Positions 12,871-23,027 of a stretch of DNA of 64,000 nt are shown piece by piece. Where the stretch lies: NCBI GenBank assembly GCA_000004985.1, contig GG738858.1; one strand, given 5' to 3'. The first letter of the stretch is position 1, and every line of letters begins with the position of its first letter. Source of the DNA: Naegleria gruberi (Eukaryota). The position numbers were made by a program, and so were the translations under genes. The notes beneath the pieces are model-generated. The model did not search any database and was not told the DNA's origin. It was given only the letters and a program-made list of their open reading frames with translations.

Positions 12871-13673
12871 TGAGTGTAGTGATTGAGGTTTTTTTTTTGA
12901 GTATTAAGAGCTACTTCGCGATTGACGAGTTTAACGGTTTTTACAATTTACCAAGCCTTTGACCGTTACAAAAAAAAGGTGTCTCCAAATGTTCAACACA
13001 AACTGCCCTTAGGAAGAACCAAGCGTAAAATACAGTTTCCAAAAATTTGAAGCTCTTCACTGTTGTGAATGAATCAGAGCAAGATGAACCATCAGACATC
13101 ATCTAGATGAGATCTAACTGTGTAATTATGATACAGATAGTTATCTTTGATCGGAGGGATTATATTAATTGATAATAATAATTATATTTAATAGTGATTA
13201 AATGTTGTTAATAATTAACTAACATGGCAATTTTGATGAACAATCTCTTCTCATTAATCAATATATTAAATTAGAAATGGATATTAGACAGTTCTATCAC
13301 ATATTTCATCAGCCGGCACTTTGATAAAGGGAGATTGAATGTGCCACTTCTCCTATCAATAGTTGTCTAATGATTCATCTCTTCGCGTTAGTTGGATTAA
13401 TCTATTTGAGTGCGATTGACTATGAAAGCACAGATACCAACACAACTTCTATCATCAATTGTTGTTTGTATGGGTAGAGATTGTATTTATCTCAAGAAAA
13501 AGACTTAACAAGAAACATCTATTATCATTGCAATAATAATAATATTATCAAATTGATAAAGAGGAAGTTAGAATTAAATCTTCATCATCAAATCCTTTAT
13601 TCTCTCTTGGAAGGAGTAATAATAGTATTAATATTAATAACAATAATAGGAAAAACACAAAGGAGAGGAAATA

Positions 13674-15968
13674 ATGTCCTCCTCATCTCTAGTACTGAAT
13701 TCCATAGAGGAATCTGGAAGAAATATTACACTGGATGAATTTAGAACATCGATTTCTTCACCACATGTTGGCACGCCTGGAGAAGGAATGGATATTTCCA
13801 TTCACTTCTCAATGGAACCAGTAGTTAAAACAACACCCGCTCATGTCTATGCCCTTAGTGACGGTGAAGGATCCATTACAGAGAGACATTTTCCTTCGTC
13901 TCCTCTTTCTACATCAAGTAGTCATGTAAAACGAGTTTCTAAAACTCTCGTTGCTCTTTCTAAATGTATACTAGTGAATGGTAATAACAACAATGTTTCT
14001 TCCCCTAGCTCACCAACTAAAAAGGAGCAATTGAATGGAAGTTTCTATGCTGATAATGATTGTGTTATTGTAGTTCCTCCAGGATCTGTTGCTGAGTCTT
14101 TCAATTCATTGAGTCCTCGTGCTCCAGAACTATCACCAATATTGTCGAGTAGTGGTAACATTGATGCTAAACTGGTGATTGATAGACTTACTGAAATGAT
14201 TAAAAATAATGAAATGCCCTCAACGAGAAAAGTGACACCTCAAACATATTCCTGCCCAAGCTCTCCAAAGTCTCCTTGCTCTGACTCTTGTAGTACATTC
14301 AGTCAGGACGATGATTGTGATGGTACTCTCATTGGACCGAGTGTTATACAATGTATTACTAATGAAATGTTATGGCCTCAACACTCTTTTTGTTCCTTAT
14401 GCCATTTAGCGGCCAAGTATAATAGTGTAGAAGTTTTGGGATGGTTAAAGGATTGTTGTTGTGATGAGGAATGTACTGGTAGCCATTCAACTACTACTGA
14501 AATGCTTGTAGAACATACGGTTCCAACTCCTGTCGATGCGTCAGCTGTTCAATCTGTCTCCCCTTACTCTATCAACGATTGTCAGTCACCACTCTCAGGC
14601 AAGCCAACTCCAACAAATGATACTTTTTCTACTAACTCTGTAATTTCCAACACTACCTCTTATATGTCTGGTCATTTTCATAATAATGATCATCAACATA
14701 ATTCCTCTTCATCGCCTTCTCATCAAGCTCACCACTCTAATAGCTGTTTGAATAGACAGAGAGAGTTATGGAGTATTGTAGATAATCAGTCCTCATCACC
14801 ATTAATGTATGCCGTTCATTCAGGATCTCATGATGCTTCCGTTTTTCTTTGTTCTCAGCCAACTGTACAGAATCAACTCAATTTTACACGAGATAAGTTT
14901 GGAAATCTTCCCATTGTTCTAGCATTGAAAAAGAGAGATTTTGAGTTGTGTGACATTCTTCAATTATTTGGAGCCAAGATAGATACTATAGGTGGAGTTC
15001 AATTGGGAGAAAGTTTACTTCATTCTGCTTTGAGAGAAAGAGATGTGACTACAGCCGAATATTTAATAAGAAAGAATCCAAAAATTATACTGAAGAAAAA
15101 TCAAAGAGATGAAATCCCATTATTTAGATGTCTTACAGATAATAGACCTACCAGTGTGAATAAGCTAATTACCATTAGTCTTCCTGGAGATTCTCAAAAA
15201 TCTCCCAGTCTTAGATCGAATAGGGTTTCAATTAGAGAGACTCATAAGGTTGGAGAGCACTCTCTTGCACTTTCTCAATTTTTGCAGAAATCAACCGAGT
15301 GGATTGATATCGAGCTCATTGAAAAGTCAATCAGCTCTAAAAATTCGTTTGGAAGAAACTTACTTTTGGAGGCTGTTGCAATCAATGATGTTGACTCGAC
15401 TAAGGTGATTTGTGAGTTTATCAGCCAAAACTATTCTTCATTTGAAACACAAAGCAATTCAAAAAGAGTCAAATCTTACGAGGACATTATTTTAGATACA
15501 GATAAGATTTACTTTATGAATATAATTCAAACAGCAGTTTCTTCAAGCTTACAAGTTATACAGAACAGAAGAGAGGAATTTTTATATGTATTTGCTGGAT
15601 TGAAATGGTTGATAGACTGGTTAGATAGCATGTTTAATCAACCATTCAGCACAATATCTTTGCATGGTATGTTGGCCTTCAAAGATTCGAGAGGGTTAAC
15701 TGCTTTTGATATGGCGAGTAAGGATAAGGAATCTTGTGCGTTCAGTACAATAATGTCTCAATTTCTTGTTGAGACAGAATCAAGGTGGAAACCAACCAAA
15801 GCACAACACCAATCAATGGTTCTTACAAAACGACGTTCATCTATTAGTTTATCTGCCAAAAGTACTTCCTCAACTCCCAACAGTCCTTCTTCTCCATCAA
15901 GTGGTGGACTATTCTCAAAGCTCAAATCTAAATTTCACAAGCACACATCTTCAAGGCAGTTAAAATAA
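13674..15968 (+). CDS. Large Ser-rich protein with ankyrin-repeat-like central region (764 aa)
   Basis: SPLMYAVHSGSHDASVFL..GNLPIVLALKKRDFELCDILQLFGAKID..SLLHSALRERDVTTAEYLI is ankyrin-like. Low-complexity Ser/Thr/His-rich N- and C-terminal regions. Confidence 0.55.
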   Translation: MSSSSLVLNSIEESGRNITLDEFRTSISSPHVGTPGEGMDISIHFSMEPVVKTTPAHVYALSDGEGSITERHFPSSPLSTSSSHVKRVSKTLVALSKCILVNGNNNNVSSPSSPTKKEQLNGSFYADNDCVIVVPPGSVAESFNSLSPRAPELSPILSSSGNIDAKLVIDRLTEMIKNNEMPSTRKVTPQTYSCPSSPKSPCSDSCSTFSQDDDCDGTLIGPSVIQCITNEMLWPQHSFCSLCHLAAKYNSVEVLGWLKDCCCDEECTGSHSTTTEMLVEHTVPTPVDASAVQSVSPYSINDCQSPLSGKPTPTNDTFSTNSVISNTTSYMSGHFHNNDHQHNSSSSPSHQAHHSNSCLNRQRELWSIVDNQSSSPLMYAVHSGSHDASVFLCSQPTVQNQLNFTRDKFGNLPIVLALKKRDFELCDILQLFGAKIDTIGGVQLGESLLHSALRERDVTTAEYLIRKNPKIILKKNQRDEIPLFRCLTDNRPTSVNKLITISLPGDSQKSPSLRSNRVSIRETHKVGEHSLALSQFLQKSTEWIDIELIEKSISSKNSFGRNLLLEAVAINDVDSTKVICEFISQNYSSFETQSNSKRVKSYEDIILDTDKIYFMNIIQTAVSSSLQVIQNRREEFLYVFAGLKWLIDWLDSMFNQPFSTISLHGMLAFKDSRGLTAFDMASKDKESCAFSTIMSQFLVETESRWKPTKAQHQSMVLTKRRSSISLSAKSTSSTPNSPSSPSSGGLFSKLKSKFHKHTSSRQLK

Positions 15969-15974
15969 ACAATA

Positions 15975-16985
15975 TTAGATTTTGCTCAAGTCAACTTCTG
16001 CTAGAATTCCCAAATGGTCCGAGACAAGAATTTCCGAACCATTCTCCAATTTGGTTTTCCACTCAATAAGTTTGTAGGATAACTTGTCATCATTTGTTTG
16101 TTTTGGTACTGTAACTAGCACTCTATCCAAACATTCATCTTTGTGAGTTTCTGGATGTGTAGATCTATCACCCAAAACATCTCTAAATTCATATTTTTCA
16201 TGGTATTGACTACACACTCTTTCATTCAATTTTCCCATAATTTCCTCATAGAAAGGATCTGATCTCGAACAAATATTGAAATCACCAGCAATTACAATAG
16301 ACTGCTTTTCATGTTTGTTTTTTAAAAAGCTTGGCATGGTACATTCTCTAACAAATGTTGTGAGCTCATCAAGTTGACCTCTTCTAACTTCTGTATCGTG
16401 TGCATCCATATGAAGAGTGAAAAGAAAGATAATTCCTTCTTGTGGATGTCTCACTTTTGTGAACAAAATTCCTTTAGCAGTGACATAATCATTCCACGAA
16501 GCATTTTGAAAAACATAATTCTTACATGTCATGATTGGAAATTTACTCAAAATAACCAATCCAGAATCTTGACACATTGGTGATGGATCATCACTAATGG
16601 CCACATGATAATTCAATTTCAATGCCTTCTTCACCAATGTTGAGTGATAGGAATTACTAAACATTTCCATCCAAACATTTCCAAATCTAAAAACTTCTTG
16701 CAAACAAACAAAATCAAATTCTGGACAAATAAATTGTTTAGGAACAGGTCGTGTAGGAGTCTTTCGTATTGCTTTTCCATTATTATTCTTCGGAAGAGTT
16801 TTTTCCGATTGACTTTCATCATCTGTTATTTTCACAGTACATCCCTCCTCTTTCAACTTTTGCATAAATCCTTCGGTTCTTTCCTGTTTGTGTGGAGGTG
16901 GTGCTTTACGGATCGCCAAGGAATTGATGAGCCATAAATTCTGTGTGAGTACTTTCATTTTTTTTAATTTGGTTTTTAGAATCAC
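15975..16985 (-). CDS. Endonuclease/exonuclease/phosphatase (EEP) family phosphodiesterase, neutral-sphingomyelinase-like
   Basis: EEP motifs: CLQEVF, IAGDFNICSR, C-terminal SDHLGILAEVDL. Uninterrupted 336-aa ORF. Confidence 0.55.
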   Translation of the reverse strand: MILKTKLKKMKVLTQNLWLINSLAIRKAPPPHKQERTEGFMQKLKEEGCTVKITDDESQSEKTLPKNNNGKAIRKTPTRPVPKQFICPEFDFVCLQEVFRFGNVWMEMFSNSYHSTLVKKALKLNYHVAISDDPSPMCQDSGLVILSKFPIMTCKNYVFQNASWNDYVTAKGILFTKVRHPQEGIIFLFTLHMDAHDTEVRRGQLDELTTFVRECTMPSFLKNKHEKQSIVIAGDFNICSRSDPFYEEIMGKLNERVCSQYHEKYEFRDVLGDRSTHPETHKDECLDRVLVTVPKQTNDDKLSYKLIEWKTKLENGSEILVSDHLGILAEVDLSKI

Positions 16986-17067
16986 ATTGTAAACAAGTTC
17001 ATTATTTCAATAATTTAAATAATTATTGAGTTTAGTGTATTATAATTATGTGAAAGAGCTAATAAAT

Positions 17068-17847
17068 TTAGGGATAGATAATGTATCTGGTCCATGATGA
17101 ATCATCAGTATTCTTTTCATAGACAATTCTGTCAGCCATTCTGTGAAGACCTTCCTGATAGAATTCGAAACGTGTTGGTTTGACAATGTATCCACACCAA
17201 TAATCTGGACATTCTGATAAATCCTTATGGGAATTTTCTTCAAACTTCTCCCACATGCCTTCTCTTCCCATTTCACATCGATCTGATTGAGGACATGTGT
17301 TAATATTAACTCGATATTCTGGAACTTCATTCTTATAATTTTCAATGACCTTTTCTCTGGAAACTTGATGGGCAATTCCTTCAACTCTGACTTGTCTAAT
17401 AATTGGCAATGTAAACATAAAATTGAGAGCTACCTTATTATTTGTCTGAATATCAATTCCCTTTCTTGATTGACCATTCGTAAAGAATGTAAATCCTTCA
17501 TCATTAATTTCCTTACAAATAATCTTTCTACTCGAAGGTTGCAAACTTTGTGCATTACAAGTAACAAAATCAGCCGAAATATTAGCAATCATCAATTTTG
17601 TAAGCATGGATTGCTTTTCAATAATTCCATTCGATTCGGAAATGTTCATATTTTGTTTAATAAAATCATTACTCAAACCCAACCAATACTTGTACTTTCC
17701 AATCGGATCCTGACTATAAACATCTTGATCTTCATTATTCAATGGAATTTGATTTTTCCATTCATCGGCACTCGATAAAAATCCAAGCGTTAAGCCACGT
17801 GGAAGATTGGTCTGATTCATTTTTTTTTTGATTTTACAATGAAGCAT
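17068..17847 (-). CDS. Pyridoxamine 5'-phosphate oxidase (PNPO/PdxH family), intronless
   Basis: C-terminal RFEFYQEGLHRMADRIVYEK matches the PNPO C-terminal signature (RxEFWQ..RLHDR). FMN-binding split-barrel region FMFTLPIIRQVRVEGIA. Confidence 0.75.
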   Translation of the reverse strand: MLHCKIKKKMNQTNLPRGLTLGFLSSADEWKNQIPLNNEDQDVYSQDPIGKYKYWLGLSNDFIKQNMNISESNGIIEKQSMLTKLMIANISADFVTCNAQSLQPSSRKIICKEINDEGFTFFTNGQSRKGIDIQTNNKVALNFMFTLPIIRQVRVEGIAHQVSREKVIENYKNEVPEYRVNINTCPQSDRCEMGREGMWEKFEENSHKDLSECPDYWCGYIVKPTRFEFYQEGLHRMADRIVYEKNTDDSSWTRYIIYP

Positions 17848-18077
17848 AGTTGTGGTTACTTTGTGCTGTGTGGTTACTGTTAAGTTTGTTAATGAGGAAC
17901 GAATGAAGAGAAGGTTCGGATGTTACCTTATTAGTAGATAATTTACAGTTCTTAATAAGATATGAATCCGATGCAACTCTATGTGTTGTGGAATTTTGAA
18001 ATTTGTCTGTATTCATTAATATTCCTGATAAGAAATGCTCTTTTTAAATTGATTGATTCATATTACATTCATACTAC

Positions 18078-18863
18078 ATGGTGTATGTAACATTTTCTCC
18101 AGATTCCATTTCAAAAAAAATGTTTAGACAAGGAAAAGTGGGTCCATTCGCTCTCAAGTTAAAATCATCATCCAGTAGAAGATTCTATTCTAATCAATTT
18201 GATAAGAATGATGAAATTACTTATTCACTCTATGAACAAGGAATTAAAATCAAACATTGGACTTGCCTTCCAGCTAATCGGAGTATTCCATTTGCTGAGA
18301 TAAAGGAAATTGTCATTCCAAATTATAGTGCACGAAGTAATAATTCATATTTGTGTGCGATAGCAAAGTATGATAGGGAGATTTATGAGGTGAGAACTCG
18401 ATTGAATGAAATTTATTCACTTTCACCAAGAACATGTTTGGAATTACCTCAATTTAGCAAGTGGTATAAGATTTTTACAGAACGCCAAATTCCAATTTAT
18501 GATCAAGGATCTGATTGCATTTGGAAAGATATTAACAAACCATTTCTTTTTGATAAAAAGGTCACAATAAGTGAAAATATTGAATTATTACATGAGCATT
18601 ACAAAATTCCAAAACAAGAATTGAAAGAATTATATGAAAAAATTGAAAATCCAATGAATGAGTATGTGAAATTGAATATTGAGAAGTTCTGCACTCCCCT
18701 CTATTCAGATCTTTACATAAAAAAGGAATGGATTGAGTTGGGATTTTCAGATACATTGGCAGCCATGCAAAGTTCAGAATTTAATCAATTTGCTATTGAG
18801 TTTACTCTTAAATATGAGGATAGATCAAATTGGAAGATTGTAAATGGTGTTAATGTTTTATAA
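18078..18863 (+). CDS. Hypothetical protein (261 aa)
   Basis: Single ORF with ordinary coding composition. No recognised domain. Confidence 0.4.
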   Translation: MVYVTFSPDSISKKMFRQGKVGPFALKLKSSSSRRFYSNQFDKNDEITYSLYEQGIKIKHWTCLPANRSIPFAEIKEIVIPNYSARSNNSYLCAIAKYDREIYEVRTRLNEIYSLSPRTCLELPQFSKWYKIFTERQIPIYDQGSDCIWKDINKPFLFDKKVTISENIELLHEHYKIPKQELKELYEKIENPMNEYVKLNIEKFCTPLYSDLYIKKEWIELGFSDTLAAMQSSEFNQFAIEFTLKYEDRSNWKIVNGVNVL

Positions 18864-19071
18864 ACCATGTTAATGAGATTATTCTTAAATATTTTTACAT
18901 CATGTAAGGTCGCAATTCAACAACTTTCGGATATTGATAAAAGGGAGGATAATTCGGACTGTTTGATATCCTTACAATCAATTTATTCGAAATAGAATTG
19001 AGAAAATAGAAGAAACAATACTTGGTTAATAAATTATTTAATTGGTGCCTTTGTACAAAATTTAAATCTCT

Positions 19072-19677
19072 TTACTCATCAGTATATTTGGAAGGTGAAA
19101 AGAATGAAAATATTTCCTCATTCATTAAATAAAAGTTTCTATTATCATAAACTTCCATCATTATTTTAGAAAATGCTTCTGATCTTTGTTTGATAATTTC
19201 ATCAGTTTTCCAATTGATTAATGAATCCCATTTTTCCTTTTCTGGAAAAGTTAATGTTTCATTATTATATACAATTTGTCCTTGTTTCAATCCAACCATT
19301 CTATCAAACAATTCCTTGAAATGAGTATATCTTCTCCTCAGTGTATAGGAAACAATTTCCTTCTCCAACAAGTAACTCACTTTCACCAAATAATAAACCG
19401 AATGTTGATTGGAAAAGAATGAAAATCCATCTCCTTCACTGCCACCCATCTTTTCAGTTCCTGCAACTTGAAACGATTGGAAATTTTGAATCTTTCTCTG
19501 TAAATCATTACCTCCAACTACTGATGGAGTAGATAGGGACCCTCCGATGGAAATACTTGTCGTGTTGTTGTTGGCAGTAGTACTACCTTGAGAAGCCAAT
19601 GTTGTTGTTGATGAGGATGTCTCATCCTGTAAAGGAATATTAACAATAACTGATGAAGAATCTTCTTGGGGCATCAT
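19072..19677 (-). CDS. PX-domain protein (sorting-nexin-like), 201 aa
   Basis: RRRYTHFKELFDRM fits the PX core motif R-R/K-Y/F-S/T-D/E-F. Ser/Thr-rich N-terminus. Confidence 0.5.
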   Translation of the reverse strand: MMPQEDSSSVIVNIPLQDETSSSTTTLASQGSTTANNNTTSISIGGSLSTPSVVGGNDLQRKIQNFQSFQVAGTEKMGGSEGDGFSFFSNQHSVYYLVKVSYLLEKEIVSYTLRRRYTHFKELFDRMVGLKQGQIVYNNETLTFPEKEKWDSLINWKTDEIIKQRSEAFSKIMMEVYDNRNFYLMNEEIFSFFSPSKYTDE

Positions 19678-19949
19678 TTTTTGATTTTTTTTGAGTTTTA
19701 GTTTTTCAAAGTTTTCTGAGGGAAGAGAAATCGAACGCTCGGGGTTGATGTTTTAGTCCGATTATGGCGATTGATTATTAATCCTGTAGTGCGGTTCATT
19801 GAGTGAGTGGATTCGTGTTTTTGCATGTGCTGTTGTGAGGATTGTAATGATGGAGGGGATTTACGGTTAATTTCTTCAAAAATTGGATATTGAGCTCAGT
19901 ACTGAGGTTTGTTGTTTACAATGTTTGTAAAAACATGTTAATTTATTTC

Positions 19950-20354
19950 CTACCATGAATCACTCACTTCAAAATAAAGCATAAAAACTTTAGGAATTCC
20001 AATATATCTGTGTTCTTCTCTAAATCCACCTCCATAAGAATTGTAACTAAAATAAAACTTGAAACTTTGTAAAGTAGTTGGATTGATATTGCAATCATTT
20101 CTCAAAATTTCCTTCAATCTTGCAAACCATTCAAACTTTTCAAACTCTTCCAAAGTATTCACTTCCACCAGATCGGATTTATCACCAAAATCTCTGTTCA
20201 TAATCTTACCCAAACTTTCTGCATTAAATTTTGTAAAATTGGTAACTTCTCCTTCTCTCAAATCAAAGAATTTAGTGATTTTATCGTTTGTGTTCATCAC
20301 TGTTGGATTTTCTTCTTGAATTTGTGAGAGGTGATGATAAAGTGATTGCGACAT
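19950..20354 (-). CDS. Hypothetical protein (134 aa)
   Basis: Single ORF only. Confidence 0.35.
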   Translation of the reverse strand: MSQSLYHHLSQIQEENPTVMNTNDKITKFFDLREGEVTNFTKFNAESLGKIMNRDFGDKSDLVEVNTLEEFEKFEWFARLKEILRNDCNINPTTLQSFKFYFSYNSYGGGFREEHRYIGIPKVFMLYFEVSDSW

Positions 20355-20522
20355 TTTTTTTAAAGTTTTTTTGCAATTAGATGAACTTGGGAACAGGAAT
20401 CAAAATGATGTTCAAGTGATAAATTTATTGAAATCAAATTGATTGATTGGAGAATGAGAGAATTTTTTGTACACAATGAAAAGAAGACGAGTTTATTGTC
20501 GATTTTGAAGTGTTGTTTTAGT

Positions 20523-22727
20523 TTACATTTCAAAGGTTTCTCTGTGAATGTGAAAATGAACACCACTTTCTTTGGCAACTTTTCTGGAGGCATTGTAGAC
20601 ATCGATATTCATTTGATTTGGACCACAAACAATGATTGCAGCGCTGTTATCAAAGCATCCAACTGTTTCTGATATTAAAGTGAGATATTCTACAAAGTTA
20701 GGTCTTGAATTATAGTGAACTCGATTATTGTAAGCATCTGATGAGTTGATTTTCAAAGAATTTGATGCAGAAGAGGTTACGTAAAAGGATTGTTTCACAT
20801 TCGAATACCTTTCGAGTAGTGATGGGAACATAGTCATGAGGTTTTCATCTTTCATTGTCCAAATAACAAAGATATTCTTTTGTAATGCGTGTTTTGAGTT
20901 ATTGGTCAACTCTTCAAATATTGCATTAATTGGAGTCACTCCAATTCCACCAGCAATCAATACAACATTCGAATAAGAATTGACATCAAGAGATAACTTT
21001 CCATAAGGACCTTCAACTCGTGCAAATATTGATGAAGCACAACATTTTCTCTTGACTGCAAAATCTGCAACATCTTTCGACCATCCCTTTCCATTATTTT
21101 TCACATGGCAAGTAAATTCAACGCTCTGAGGTAGCTTTTCATAGCTGCTGATTGTTAATGGATGTGATTGGAAGAGTGAAACTCCTGGAATGCAAACATG
21201 GACAAACTTGGCCATTCCCAAGCTTTCAGTTGACCACATGCCAAGGTTTGATTTCTCAAAAACAATCTTTGTCACTTGGCACTTTTCATCATATTCCATT
21301 TTGACAACCTTTGTTGGAAGAACATAACCAAAAACGAAACGAAGTAAATAGTCAACTAGTAGCAAACCGATCGCAACACCAAGAACTGGCAATGTTCTTT
21401 CCCAACCTCTTGCATGAATTGAAGAGAAAACCAAAACAACAGGAGCCAAGATGACATGAACAACCTTGAATAGTTCCCAACACTTTCGTCTGATTATTTC
21501 AATTGAGAATAAACTCATAATGACCATGGCAATCCATGCTATTGTTCCAAACAAGATATATCCATTAGCTCTCACACTGACAAGTCTTTCCAGATTTCCT
21601 TTCATTCCCATTGGTATGGCCATGAATATTCCATGGAGTGTGGTTACAAGGAGAGTCAACAAGGAACACCACTTGTGATATTTGATTGCTCTTTCGAAAG
21701 AGATACCAAATATAAAGACAAATGCTGAGTATCTTGTGATTGGTAGGATGGTTGTTGTAAGAGTAATGACACTTGCGTAACCAAACGCTTTCCCAATTTT
21801 GGATAAAATTGGTGAAGAGTTGTTGAAATAGCCGAAACAAAACCAGACAGAAGTAAGCATGAGATGAATGATAATGAGTGTAATTTCACCAATGGTCAAC
21901 TCTAAAATGGGATTCAACCACGAACCAATAAATTCGTTTCTAATCAAATTTGAAAATTTTGTGTGAAAAACTAAACTGATGAAGAAGTTCTTTTCCTTCC
22001 TTGAAATGAACACATAGGACATTCCAGCTAGGGTCATTAAAAGTGCCACAGAACCTGTTGCAATCAGATGGAACTGTATCAATGGTTGTTTAATCAAGTT
22101 TAGGATACCAACATGAGTCATTAAATTAATGTTGAATTGACCATATGAAGAATGAACTTTTGTGACATCAATTGAGTTGGAATTGATTGCCCAACTTATT
22201 CCCACAGTTGCATTTCTTATTGGTTTGTCTGCCAGAACATCACCTGTATCAACCTTTCGAATAAATTTCAATGTAGTTACCCCATTCACAAATGAACCTG
22301 TGACTTGCAAAATATCATTGGTACCTCCAAATATCGAATCATTCTTTGGAATTGATTTACCAGGCATCCAATCATCATAAAGAATTGGCAAATTATTCTC
22401 CTGGTCAAAGAATCCAATAAAACAATCGGCTTGATTCATTCCAGTCTTGTTAAAATCTAAACCAATCGAAAGCCATCCACGAGTTTTAGCCACTATGGCC
22501 ATCTCGATAATGTCATCACCTTGTATAATTCCTGTTTGCTGAGTGTGAAATTTCCAATAGAAACTTAGCATATCTGTTTGGACACTTGATGGATATTCAT
22601 TGGTAGACACAGTGATAGTGTTCATGTCTGAGAGGATGTTTGCAATGAGCATGCATAGTGATATGAGAAGGAGGACTAATTGTTGAACATTCCATGAAAG
22701 ATTTCTTCTGCAACTTGTAGATGACAT
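20523..22727 (-). CDS. Ferric-reductase / NADPH-oxidase-family transmembrane oxidoreductase with N-terminal signal peptide and DOMON-like extracellular domain, intronless (734 aa)
   Basis: N-terminal signal LVLLLISLCMLIANI. DOMON-like block GWLSIGLDFNKTGMNQADCFIGFF. Multi-TM ferric-reductase core with conserved His. FAD site HPLTISS. NAD(P)H site VVLIAGGIGVTP. Confidence 0.8.
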   Translation of the reverse strand: MSSTSCRRNLSWNVQQLVLLLISLCMLIANILSDMNTITVSTNEYPSSVQTDMLSFYWKFHTQQTGIIQGDDIIEMAIVAKTRGWLSIGLDFNKTGMNQADCFIGFFDQENNLPILYDDWMPGKSIPKNDSIFGGTNDILQVTGSFVNGVTTLKFIRKVDTGDVLADKPIRNATVGISWAINSNSIDVTKVHSSYGQFNINLMTHVGILNLIKQPLIQFHLIATGSVALLMTLAGMSYVFISRKEKNFFISLVFHTKFSNLIRNEFIGSWLNPILELTIGEITLIIIHLMLTSVWFCFGYFNNSSPILSKIGKAFGYASVITLTTTILPITRYSAFVFIFGISFERAIKYHKWCSLLTLLVTTLHGIFMAIPMGMKGNLERLVSVRANGYILFGTIAWIAMVIMSLFSIEIIRRKCWELFKVVHVILAPVVLVFSSIHARGWERTLPVLGVAIGLLLVDYLLRFVFGYVLPTKVVKMEYDEKCQVTKIVFEKSNLGMWSTESLGMAKFVHVCIPGVSLFQSHPLTISSYEKLPQSVEFTCHVKNNGKGWSKDVADFAVKRKCCASSIFARVEGPYGKLSLDVNSYSNVVLIAGGIGVTPINAIFEELTNNSKHALQKNIFVIWTMKDENLMTMFPSLLERYSNVKQSFYVTSSASNSLKINSSDAYNNRVHYNSRPNFVEYLTLISETVGCFDNSAAIIVCGPNQMNIDVYNASRKVAKESGVHFHIHRETFEM

Positions 22728-23027
22728 TGTGTTGTTTCGTATGGTTTTGTTTGGGTTTTTTCAAAGTGGAGTAATGATATTAAAGGGTCAAAAAACCAAA
22801 TTCTTTTTTAATAAGAATGCAATAAACTAAAGCTTTCGTCTGGAGAATTTAAACAATTTTCACAGATTTTGAGAATTGTAAGGAGGCCGCTTTTGTAATT
22901 CCTCCAGATTTTTAGATGGATTTTTGTTGAGTGGAAATATTGAGTTGTTACTAGAGGCATGAAAGTTCTACAAATGGAGTTCCATGATTATTAAATAAGT
23001 TGTAGAAACTGTATTCGAAATTCTAAG

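Noticed and set aside
12638-12886. Plus-strand 82-aa ORF and other short ORFs overlapping longer genes (e.g. 8388-8579, 9667-9870, 16374-16583, 21466-21892)
   Set aside because: They are antisense or alternative-frame ORFs embedded in well-supported genes. They are expected by chance at this AT content.
19720-19900. Locally GC-richer island between two minus-strand genes as a snoRNA or other ncRNA
   Set aside because: I could not identify convincing C/D or H/ACA boxes with guide complementarity, or conserved snRNA sequence. It is probably promoter/UTR sequence.
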